Shown piece after piece: positions 18,022 to 25,820 of a stretch of DNA of 64,000 bases; positions within the stretch are counted from its first letter, which is position 1; the number at the start of each line of letters is the position of its first letter. The notes beneath the pieces were generated by a model. It saw only the letters and a list, made by a program, of their open reading frames with translations, was not told where the DNA came from and ran no database searches. This DNA is from Rubrivivax sp. (GTDB lineage: Bacteria; Pseudomonadota; Gammaproteobacteria; Burkholderiales; Burkholderiaceae_C): NCBI GenBank assembly GCA_051861265.1, contig JBHYDA010000013.1:54208-118207 (forward strand), written 5' to 3'. The position numbers were made by a program, and so were the translations under genes.

Positions 18022-19071
18022 ATGTTCGACCCTCCTTCAAATGGCCGCACGGTGCGCGCCCGAGCGCCGCTGCGCCTGGGCTTGGCCGGCGGCGGCACCG
18101 ATGTTTCGCCCTATTGCGACCAGCATGGCGGTTACGTCCTCAACGCCACCATCGACCGCTACGCGTATGCGGTGCTTCGCGAGCTGGACCGCCCCTGCAT
18201 CCGGCTCGTTGCGGCAGACCAGAACCTGGCGGTGGAACTGCCGCTTGACGACCCCTTGTTGCCCGAGGGCGACCTGAAGCTGCACAAGGCGGTGGTCAGC
18301 GCGCTCGTGAAGCAGCACCATGGTGGCGTCAGGGTGCCGATGGAGCTGGTGTCCTTCTGCGATGCGCCCGTGGGCTCTGGTCTGGGCGCGTCGTCCACGC
18401 TGGTCGTGGCGATGATCCGGGCCTACACAGAACTCTGGAACCTGCCGCTGGATGATTACGCGCTGGCACACCTCGCGTTTTCGATCGAACGTGTCGACTG
18501 CGGCCTGGAAGGTGGGCGGCAAGACCAGTACTCGGCAGCCTTCGGCGGCTTCAACTTCATGGAGTTCTATGCCGATGAGCGCGCCGTCATCAACCCGCTG
18601 CGCGTCAAGCCCTGGGTGGTGTCGGAACTCGAAGCCTCGCTGGTGTTGTTCTACACCGGTGTGTCGCGCGAGTCGGCCCGCATCATTGCCGACCAGAGCA
18701 GCGGCATCAGGGCCGGCAATGCCGATGCGATGCAGGCCATGCACGGCTTGAAGCGCGAGGCGCTGGTGATGAAAGAGTGCCTGCTGCGCGGCGATGTCAA
18801 GGGCCTTGTCGCTTCGATGCGTGAAGGCTGGGAAAGCAAGAAGCGCTCGGCCCGCACGGTCTCCAACCCGCACATCGAAGCCATCTACGACGCTGCGGTG
18901 GCCGCCGGCGCGCTGGCCGGCAAGGTGTCGGGCGCCGGGGGCGGCGGCTTCATGATGTTCTTCGTGCCGCCCGAACGCCGCATGGACGTCATCCGCGTTC
19001 TCCAGGGCTTCGAGGGCCAGATCAGCAACTGCCACTTCACCGAAGCGGGCAGCCAAGCATGGAGGGTGTGA
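18022..19071 (+). CDS. hddA: D-glycero-alpha-D-manno-heptose 7-phosphate kinase (GHMP family)
   Basis: APLRLGLAGGGTD, PVGSGLGASS, GGRQDQYSAAFGG, KVSGAGGGG. Confidence 0.9.
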   Translation: MFDPPSNGRTVRARAPLRLGLAGGGTDVSPYCDQHGGYVLNATIDRYAYAVLRELDRPCIRLVAADQNLAVELPLDDPLLPEGDLKLHKAVVSALVKQHHGGVRVPMELVSFCDAPVGSGLGASSTLVVAMIRAYTELWNLPLDDYALAHLAFSIERVDCGLEGGRQDQYSAAFGGFNFMEFYADERAVINPLRVKPWVVSELEASLVLFYTGVSRESARIIADQSSGIRAGNADAMQAMHGLKREALVMKECLLRGDVKGLVASMREGWESKKRSARTVSNPHIEAIYDAAVAAGALAGKVSGAGGGGFMMFFVPPERRMDVIRVLQGFEGQISNCHFTEAGSQAWRV

Positions 19072-19655
19072 TGCAAGCCTATATCGAGGCGCAACTCGCG
19101 CGCTCTCAAGAAATGCTGCAGGCGGTGGTGGCTGACACAGCCTTGCAGGCCGCACTGGCGGCGGCGGCACAGGCCAGCATCCAGGCTTTGCGCCAAGGCG
19201 GCAAGCTTCTCTTCGCCGGCAACGGCGGCAGTGCGGCAGACGCCCAGCACATGGCCGGCGAGTTCGTCAGCCGTTTCGAGTTCGACCGCCCGGGCCTGGC
19301 CGCCGTGGCGCTGACCACCGACACCTCCATCCTCACGGCCATCGGCAACGACTACGGCTACGAGCGTGTTTTCGCGCGTCAGGTGCAGGCCCTGGGGCGC
19401 CCCGGCGACGTGCTGGTGGCCTACTCGACATCGGGCCGCAGCCCCAACATCCTGCGCGCGCTGGAAGCCGCCCGGACGCAAGGCCTGGTGACCGTGGGCA
19501 TGACCGGCAACCGCGGCGGCCCCATGCCCGCGCTGTGCGATCACGTGCTGGCGGTTCCCAGCCCCGACACCCCCAAGATCCAGGAAGGCCACCTCGTGCT
19601 GGGCCACATCCTCTGCGGGCTGGTGGAGCGGGCGCTGTTCACACCTGCGGCCTGA
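19071..19655 (+). CDS. gmhA: Phosphoheptose isomerase
   Basis: GNGGSAADAQH, AIGNDYGY, STSGRSPN, IQEGH. Confidence 0.95.
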   Translation: MQAYIEAQLARSQEMLQAVVADTALQAALAAAAQASIQALRQGGKLLFAGNGGSAADAQHMAGEFVSRFEFDRPGLAAVALTTDTSILTAIGNDYGYERVFARQVQALGRPGDVLVAYSTSGRSPNILRALEAARTQGLVTVGMTGNRGGPMPALCDHVLAVPSPDTPKIQEGHLVLGHILCGLVERALFTPAA

Positions 19656-20353
19656 TGGAGGCCGTGGTTCTGGCCGGCGGCTTCGGCACGCGGCTGCGCA
19701 GCGTCGTACCGGATCTGCCCAAGCCCATGGCGCCGGTGGCGGGCCGGCCCTTCCTGGAGATCTTGCTGCACAGCCTGGCGCAACGCGGCGTTGAACGCGC
19801 GGTGCTGTCGCTGGGGTACCGGGCTGAACTCATCCAGGCCCACTTCGGCCCGCACTACGCCGGCATGGAGATCGTCTGCGAGGTGGAGACACAGCCGCTG
19901 GGCACCGGTGGCGCGCTGATGCGCAGCCTGCGCCGCTGCCACGGCGAAGTGGCCCTGGTCGTCAACGGCGACACCTTCCTCGATCTGAACCTGCAGGCCG
20001 TGGCACGCCAATGGCAGACCCAGCAGCGCCCGATCATCGTCGGCCGGCAGGTCGCCGACACCGCCCGCTACGGCCGCCTGCGCGTGGCCGAGGGCCTGGT
20101 GACCGCCTTCGAAGAAAAGGGGGCCAGCGGGCCCGGCCTCATCAACACCGGCCACTACCTGCTGCCCACCGATCTCTTGGAAGGGCAGTCGCTGCCGCCG
20201 GCGTTTTCGTTCGAGAGCGAGTTCATCGTGCCGCGGCTGGACACCCTGTGCCTGGCTGCCTTCGAGACGCAGGGCCTGTTCATCGACATCGGTGTGCCCG
20301 AGGACTACCACCGCGCGCAGATCGAACTGGCGCCGCACGCCCGCTTCGCATGA
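19655..20353 (+). CDS. hddC: D-glycero-alpha-D-manno-heptose 1-phosphate guanylyltransferase
   Basis: LAGGFGTRLRS, PKPMAPVAGRPFL, PLGTGGA, VNGDT, FIDIGVPEDY; position in the hddA-gmhA cluster. Confidence 0.85.
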   Translation: MEAVVLAGGFGTRLRSVVPDLPKPMAPVAGRPFLEILLHSLAQRGVERAVLSLGYRAELIQAHFGPHYAGMEIVCEVETQPLGTGGALMRSLRRCHGEVALVVNGDTFLDLNLQAVARQWQTQQRPIIVGRQVADTARYGRLRVAEGLVTAFEEKGASGPGLINTGHYLLPTDLLEGQSLPPAFSFESEFIVPRLDTLCLAAFETQGLFIDIGVPEDYHRAQIELAPHARFA

Positions 20354-20925
20354 CCCGGGCGCTGCTGCTTGATCGCGATGGCGTGATCAATGTTGATCAC
20401 GGTTATGTGCACAAACCCGAGTCCTTCGAGTTCATGCCCGGCATCTTCGAGTTCTGCCGCGGGGCGCAGGCGCTCGGCTACCTGCTGGTGGTGGTGACCA
20501 ACCAGGCCGGCATCGGCCGGGGCCATTACACGGAAGACGACTTCGCCGCCCTCACCCGCTGGATGCTGCTGCGCTTCGAGCAGGCGTCAGCGCCTATCGC
20601 CCGGGTGTACCACTGCCCCACGCATCCGAGTGCTGGCCTCGGCCACCACCGAGTGGACTCGCCCAGGCGCAAACCGGCACCCGGCATGATCTACGACGCA
20701 CGCGACGACCTGGGCCTCGACCTCGCGCGCTCGGCGCTCATCGGCGACAAGCCCAGCGATGTGCAGGCCGCGTACACCGCGGGCGTCGGCTTGCGCATGC
20801 TGCTGACCGTGCCGACTTGTGCTGCCGACAGCCTGCCGCCCGGCACTTGCCAGGTGCCCGACTTCCTCGCCGCGGCAGCGGCCTTGCAGGCCTTCACGGC
20901 CGAGAACCCCAGCACCTTGCCATGA
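20350..20925 (+). CDS. gmhB: D,D-heptose 1,7-bisphosphate phosphatase (HAD)
   Basis: DRDGVIN, TNQAGIGRG, CPTHP, RKPAPGM, IGDKPSD. Confidence 0.9.
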   Translation: MTRALLLDRDGVINVDHGYVHKPESFEFMPGIFEFCRGAQALGYLLVVVTNQAGIGRGHYTEDDFAALTRWMLLRFEQASAPIARVYHCPTHPSAGLGHHRVDSPRRKPAPGMIYDARDDLGLDLARSALIGDKPSDVQAAYTAGVGLRMLLTVPTCAADSLPPGTCQVPDFLAAAAALQAFTAENPSTLP

Positions 20926-22001
20926 GCTCGCAGCTTCGTCACATCGCCATCAGCCTGGGCAACATCGGCACGCTGCAAGACGGCCTGGGCGAGTTCGCCT
21001 TGCAGATGGGGCAGCGTGTGGCGCGCGAGGCGGCCCTCTGGCGCGAACGCGATCAGGTGTGTTTTCACTTTCACTTGCGCGAGCGCTTCGTTGGCCTCTT
21101 CGGCACCGATGTCGGTTACCTGCCGGTCACGCGCTGGCACCGTTGGCGCCACGTTCAAGCGCAGCGCTTCGAGCTGTGGCACTCGCTCCACCAACTCAAC
21201 AAGAACCTGCCGCCCGCAGGCTGCGGCTCACGTCTTGTGACGGTGCACGACCTGAACTACCTGGTGGACAAGCAGGGGTTCGCGCGCTGGCGCAGCCACC
21301 GGCGGGCCCTGGCGATGATGCGGCGCACCGACCACGTCATTGCGATCAGCCAGTACAGCGCGGCCGACGTGCGCAAGCACCTCGGCTGGACCGGTCCGCT
21401 GGACGTGATCCTCCGCGGCGCCCGCGACTTCTCCCGCACGCCGCAAGCGCCGCTGCCGGGCTGGGCGGCCGATGACACACGGCCTTTCCTCTTTCACCTC
21501 AGCCGCATGTCGGCCTCGAAGAACCCGCAGGCCTTGGTCGGGCTGGCGCAGGCATGGCCCGAGATGAACTTCATCTTCAGCGGGCCGCCCAGCGACGAGG
21601 CGCAGCACCTGCGCGCGACGGTCAAGCTGCCCAACGTCCAGTTCCATCTGGGCATCAGCGATGAGCAGAAGGCCTGGGCCTACGCCAACTGCCAGGGTTT
21701 CCTGTTCCCGTCGTTTGCCGAGGGCTTCGGTCTCCCGCCCGTGGAAGCGATGCAGTTCGGCCGGCCTGTGTTTCTGAGCCGGCTGACCAGCCTGCCCGAG
21801 ATCGGCGGCGAGGTGGCCGACTACTTTGACGATTTCTCGCCCCTGGCCATGCGCCGAGCAGTTGAACGAGGCTTGCTGCGGGCACGCGAGCCGAGTCGGT
21901 TAGCGACCATTCGCCAGCACGCCAAGAGCTTTGATAGCGACGTTGTGGCCGGACAGTACTTGGCGCTCTATCGGCGCCTTCTTCATTTACGGAGTTTCTA
22001 G
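20922..22001 (+). CDS. Glycosyltransferase family 4 (paralog A)
   Basis: TVHDLNY, FPSFAEGFGLPPVEAM, SLPEIGG. Confidence 0.9.
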   Translation: MSSQLRHIAISLGNIGTLQDGLGEFALQMGQRVAREAALWRERDQVCFHFHLRERFVGLFGTDVGYLPVTRWHRWRHVQAQRFELWHSLHQLNKNLPPAGCGSRLVTVHDLNYLVDKQGFARWRSHRRALAMMRRTDHVIAISQYSAADVRKHLGWTGPLDVILRGARDFSRTPQAPLPGWAADDTRPFLFHLSRMSASKNPQALVGLAQAWPEMNFIFSGPPSDEAQHLRATVKLPNVQFHLGISDEQKAWAYANCQGFLFPSFAEGFGLPPVEAMQFGRPVFLSRLTSLPEIGGEVADYFDDFSPLAMRRAVERGLLRAREPSRLATIRQHAKSFDSDVVAGQYLALYRRLLHLRSF

Positions 22002-23560
22002 ATAGACGCCCAAAGCTGATAACTTCAGAAATCCTTACAGAACAACAACTCTGGCGCCAGCGGTTTACAACTGATGCGTGTTGCCCCCGCCCCCGCCGCC
22101 GCCAGGAGCCGATCCGCCCCCAGGAGAGGATCCTCCGCCTCCTGGTGCACCTGCGGCGCCTACTCCACCGCCGTCACCGAAGACAACTCGGTAGTCATAC
22201 CGGCACTCGATCACTGCGCAGAGCCGCTGGTACCAAGGCAGCTCGCTTGCCGGTGACCAACGGGCTCTGTTACCGTAAAGAACAAGATTACCGTCCGTCT
22301 GAAGCAGCAATTCCACACCCGGACCGTATCCGTCGGTGTTTGATGCCCAATTTGCATTATTGAAACTGTCGTACAATACGAAGTTGCCGTCTGTTTGGAC
22401 AACTGCGCGCTCGCCTCTTCCACCCGTCGCCCACAAAACCACCCCGGGGTACCGAGACAGCACCAAGTTGCGGTCTGACTGAAGCGTCAACGAAAAGTAG
22501 CCGCTTGGGTCATAGTAAGTTTGACCCACGCTAATGCTGCGAATTGGCACCGGATCAGCAAACCCGCCCCCGTAGGGTGGCTGATTTGTGTTACTTGCCC
22601 AAAGGGCGGCTCTGGAGTAAACAACGAAGTTGCCGTCACTCTGTAGACGCGCGAACGCACTCGGCCCGTAGCCGTTCGTGTTAGACGCCCACAACGGATA
22701 TCGGTCCGACCTGTATACGACAAGGTTTCCATCCGGCTGCATCTCCAAATAAGCGCCAGGGTTGCCTGCCGTATTGCTTGTCCATCGGATCCGCAGTACT
22801 GTGAAGTTTGGGTCGTAAGTCGAAAGCACGAGATTGCCGTCTGTCTGCATCGCCAAGTTGGCAACCGTGCGGGTGTTTATGATTTGAGTGCCAGCTTGAT
22901 TGTACTGATACGACTGCGCAACAGCAATGTCTCCCGGCATTAGTCTCTGCCCAGATTTGAGAACAAACTCGCCATTCGGATCCATCCGCAGTGTGTATGC
23001 CTGGCAAGCATAAACTTGGAAGAATAAGAACAATGCAGCAATTAACAATCTCATGAATGCTCCCTGATGGTTATTGAGTCTAATGAGTCTGCGTCTCTTG
23101 TCGCTTCAAAGCCTTCCTTGATCCGCGCTTGGCTTCCCCATGCCTACAGCTAGTTAGCGGACTGAATCTCGCTCCGATACCGTCAGACCCTTATGCGCAA
23201 AGAGGTCATATCAAACCACCTTTGGCTGAAACCCTTTCGGCTTCGCTTGTAGGTAAGTCGCAGGATGTTGATCGGGCCCAACTGCTCACTGGCGAGATGG
23301 ACGGGAGCATCGCATGAGGCAAGCTGCAAGGCACCTGTAAACCCTTACATCATCAAAACGGAAATGCTCGATCTTGAGCGATGCGGATACTTCACCTGCG
23401 ACTCATTTGCCAGCTGGCAGCTCGCACCCCTCTTTGGGCGCTCCGACACGAGCACGTTTCATCACTGCAGTCGTAGAGAGGCTTGGTAGATGACTATCAG
23501 TTCCGAAGCGCGTAAGCACATCCTCATTAGCATTGGCCGATCCGGCCCCGGGGACGGCGG
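21830..23560. other. AT-richer, probably horizontally acquired segment (boundaries approximate)
   Basis: Visible loss of the G/C-ending codon bias seen elsewhere; begins inside the 3' end of GT4-A and fades inside the 5' end of GT4-B. Confidence 0.7.
22065..23054 (-). CDS. Secreted tandem bulb-type (MMBL / B-lectin) protein, LlpA lectin-like bacteriocin architecture
   Basis: Six QxDxNxV(x)Y-type motifs (QTDGNLVLS, QPDGNLVVY, QSDGNFVVY, QSDRNLVLS, QTDGNFVLY, QTDGNLVLY), repeated W(A/T)SNT, signal peptide, AGGGAG SD, Gly-rich tail. Confidence 0.85.
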   Translation of the reverse strand: MRLLIAALFLFFQVYACQAYTLRMDPNGEFVLKSGQRLMPGDIAVAQSYQYNQAGTQIINTRTVANLAMQTDGNLVLSTYDPNFTVLRIRWTSNTAGNPGAYLEMQPDGNLVVYRSDRYPLWASNTNGYGPSAFARLQSDGNFVVYSRAALWASNTNQPPYGGGFADPVPIRSISVGQTYYDPSGYFSLTLQSDRNLVLSRYPGVVLWATGGRGERAVVQTDGNFVLYDSFNNANWASNTDGYGPGVELLLQTDGNLVLYGNRARWSPASELPWYQRLCAVIECRYDYRVVFGDGGGVGAAGAPGGGGSSPGGGSAPGGGGGGGNTHQL

Positions 23561-24575
23561 CATCTTCGAGTTCTCGTCGCAGATCGTGCAGCGCATCGCT
23601 GCGGCGGCGCCTGCTTGGCGCGAGCGTGATGGCGTGAGATTCACGGTGCACCTGCGGCCGGAGTTGCAAGGCGTGTTTGGCCCTGACGTGGCTTACCTGC
23701 CTTTGCGCGCGGTGCAACGGTGGATGCACCTGAGCCCGCAGCCCTTCGAGCTGTGGCACACGACGCACCAGATGAACAAGATGCGGCCGCCACGCGGTTG
23801 CCGCGCCCGATTGACCACCGTTCACGACCTCAACTACCTCTACGGCCGCAACGCCTTCTCGCGCTGGCGCCACCAAAGCCGCATGCTCACGCTGATGGCG
23901 CGCACAGACCACGTGGCGGCCATCAGCCAGCACACCGCCGGCGACGTGCGGCGCGAGCTGGGCTGGGCCGGGCCGATGGACGTGATCTACAACGGCGCGC
24001 GCAGCTTCGTCGCCGCCGAACGCGCGCCGCTGCCGGGCTGGGCGGCGGTGGCTGAGCGCCCTTTCCTCTTCCACCTCAGCCGCATGTCGCCCAGCAAGAA
24101 CCCGCAGGCGGTGCTGGACCTGGCGCGTGCCTGGCCTGAGATGACGTTCGTGCTGTGCGGCCCGCCCAGCGACGACGCCAAGGCGCTGAAGGCCGCCAAC
24201 CGCCAGCCCAATGTGCAGTTCCACCTGGGCATCAGCGATGCGCAGAAGGCCTGGGCCTACGCCAACTGCGCCGGCTTCCTCTTCCCCTCGCTCACCGAAG
24301 GTTTCGGCCTGCCGCCCATCGAGGCCATGCACTTCGGCAAGCCTGTCTTCCTGGCGCGGCGCACCTGCCTGCCCGAAATTGGTGGAGATGCCGCCAGCTA
24401 CTTCGACAGTTTCGAAGCCCAAGCGATGAAGGCTGTCGTGCAGCAGGGCCTGCTGCGCCACGCCGAACCCGGCAGGCCCGAGGCGGTGCGCGAGCACGCC
24501 GCGCAGTTCAACTGGGACGATGCCGCAGCGGCCTACCTGGCGCTCTACCGCCGGCTGCTGGGCCTGCCGGGATAA
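23490..24575 (+). CDS. Glycosyltransferase family 4 (paralog B)
   Basis: TVHDLNY, FPSLTEGFGLPPIEAM; closely similar to 20922..22001. Confidence 0.9.
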   Translation: MTISSEARKHILISIGRSGPGDGGIFEFSSQIVQRIAAAAPAWRERDGVRFTVHLRPELQGVFGPDVAYLPLRAVQRWMHLSPQPFELWHTTHQMNKMRPPRGCRARLTTVHDLNYLYGRNAFSRWRHQSRMLTLMARTDHVAAISQHTAGDVRRELGWAGPMDVIYNGARSFVAAERAPLPGWAAVAERPFLFHLSRMSPSKNPQAVLDLARAWPEMTFVLCGPPSDDAKALKAANRQPNVQFHLGISDAQKAWAYANCAGFLFPSLTEGFGLPPIEAMHFGKPVFLARRTCLPEIGGDAASYFDSFEAQAMKAVVQQGLLRHAEPGRPEAVREHAAQFNWDDAAAAYLALYRRLLGLPG

Positions 24576-24600
24576 TCGGCCGCTCATTCTTCGGGCTTCT

Positions 24601-25572
24601 ATGCAGATCCAACGCGGCTGGCGCCGCCCCGGCACCGCCGGCTGCGCCATCACCATCGGCAATTTCGACGGCGTGCACCGCGGCCACCAGGCCATGCTGG
24701 CACTGCTGATCAGCGAAGCCCGTCACCGTGGCCTGCCCAGCTGCGTGATGACCTTCGAGCCGCACCCGCGCGACCACTTCGCACGCCAGGCGGGCAAGCC
24801 CGAGGCCGCCCCGGCGCGCATCGGCACGCTGCGCGACAAGCTCTGCGAGCTGCAGCGCTGCGGCGTGGACGAGGTGGTGGTGCTGCCCTTCAACCAGGCC
24901 TTCGCGGCGATGCAGCCGCAGGCCTTCATCGACGAGGTGCTGCGCGACGGCCTGCGCGCGAAGTACGTGCTGGTCGGCGACGACTTCAACTTCGGCGCCC
25001 GCCGCGCCGGCAGTTACGCGATGCTGGATGCGGCCGGGCCCGCTGTGGGCTTCGACGTGGCGCGCATGAACAGCTACGAGGTGCACGGCCTGCGCGTTTC
25101 CAGCTCGGCCGTGCGCGAGGCGCTGGCGCGCGGCGACATGCGCCAGGCCGAGGCCCTGCTGGGCCGGCCCTATGCCATCAGCGGCCACGTGCTGCACGGC
25201 CGCAAGCTCGGCCGCGAGCTGGGCTTCCGCACGCTGAACCTGCGTTTTGCGCACGCCCGGCCGGCCGCCAGCGGCATCTTCGTCGTGCGCGTGCACGGCC
25301 TGGACAGCGGCCCGCTGCCCGGCGTGGCCAGCCTGGGCGTGCGCCCCACGGTGGAAGACGCCGGCCGGGTGCTGCTGGAGGTGCATTGCCTGCACTGGCC
25401 AGCGGCGCTGGGTGAGAACGGCGGCTATGGCCGCTTGCTGCGCGTGGAGTTGCTGCACAAGCTGCACGACGAGCTGAAGTACGACGGGCTTCAAGCGCTG
25501 CAGGAAGGCATTGCGCGCGACACCGAGGCCGCGCGCAGCTGGTTGCGCGCTGCGGGCGATGCCCGCGTCTAA
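24601..25572 (+). CDS. ribF: Bifunctional riboflavin kinase / FAD synthetase
   Basis: IGNFDGVHRGHQ, FEPHP, VGDDFNFG, SSSAVR, GRELGFRTLN, GVRPTV. Confidence 0.95.
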   Translation: MQIQRGWRRPGTAGCAITIGNFDGVHRGHQAMLALLISEARHRGLPSCVMTFEPHPRDHFARQAGKPEAAPARIGTLRDKLCELQRCGVDEVVVLPFNQAFAAMQPQAFIDEVLRDGLRAKYVLVGDDFNFGARRAGSYAMLDAAGPAVGFDVARMNSYEVHGLRVSSSAVREALARGDMRQAEALLGRPYAISGHVLHGRKLGRELGFRTLNLRFAHARPAASGIFVVRVHGLDSGPLPGVASLGVRPTVEDAGRVLLEVHCLHWPAALGENGGYGRLLRVELLHKLHDELKYDGLQALQEGIARDTEAARSWLRAAGDARV

Positions 25573-25583
25573 AATCGGCCGCC

Positions 25584-25703
25584 ATGCGCTCCACGCCAGC
25601 CTCCACGCCCGACTCCGGCCTTCTGCGCTGGCAAGCTGCCATACGCCGGCAAGCCACGCGCAGCCGATCAGCTCGCGACCGAATTATTCGTTCGGCTCTC
25701 TGA
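25584..25703 (+). CDS. Putative ileS leader peptide (39 aa, MRSTPASTPDSGLLRWQAAIRRQATRSRSARDRIIRSAL)
   Basis: ATG lies 8 nt after a TAAAAT -10 box and has no SD; Ile codons ATA and ATT-ATT; below the ORF-track size cut-off. Confidence 0.45.
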   Translation: MRSTPASTPDSGLLRWQAAIRRQATRSRSARDRIIRSAL

Positions 25704-25820
25704 CGCCCGGCCCTGCGCGCTGAAGCGCGCCCGCGTTCCCAGCGCGGCCGGCCTCTCCGAACGACCCCGTGCCGCCCTTACCGCCCCCAACCGGGGTGGC
25801 ACCTGCCGAGCCCACACGCC

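Noticed and set aside
22074-22180. Low-complexity repeats (ccgccg/cccc) at the lectin 3' end as a VNTR or contingency locus
   Set aside because: They simply encode the Gly-rich tail, with no perfect tandem unit.
23055-23489. Possible IS remnant, immunity gene or small ORFs (23129..23317, 23265..23489) upstream of the lectin
   Set aside because: No terminal inverted repeats, transposase motifs, convincing RBS or protein-like composition; treated as promoter/intergenic DNA.
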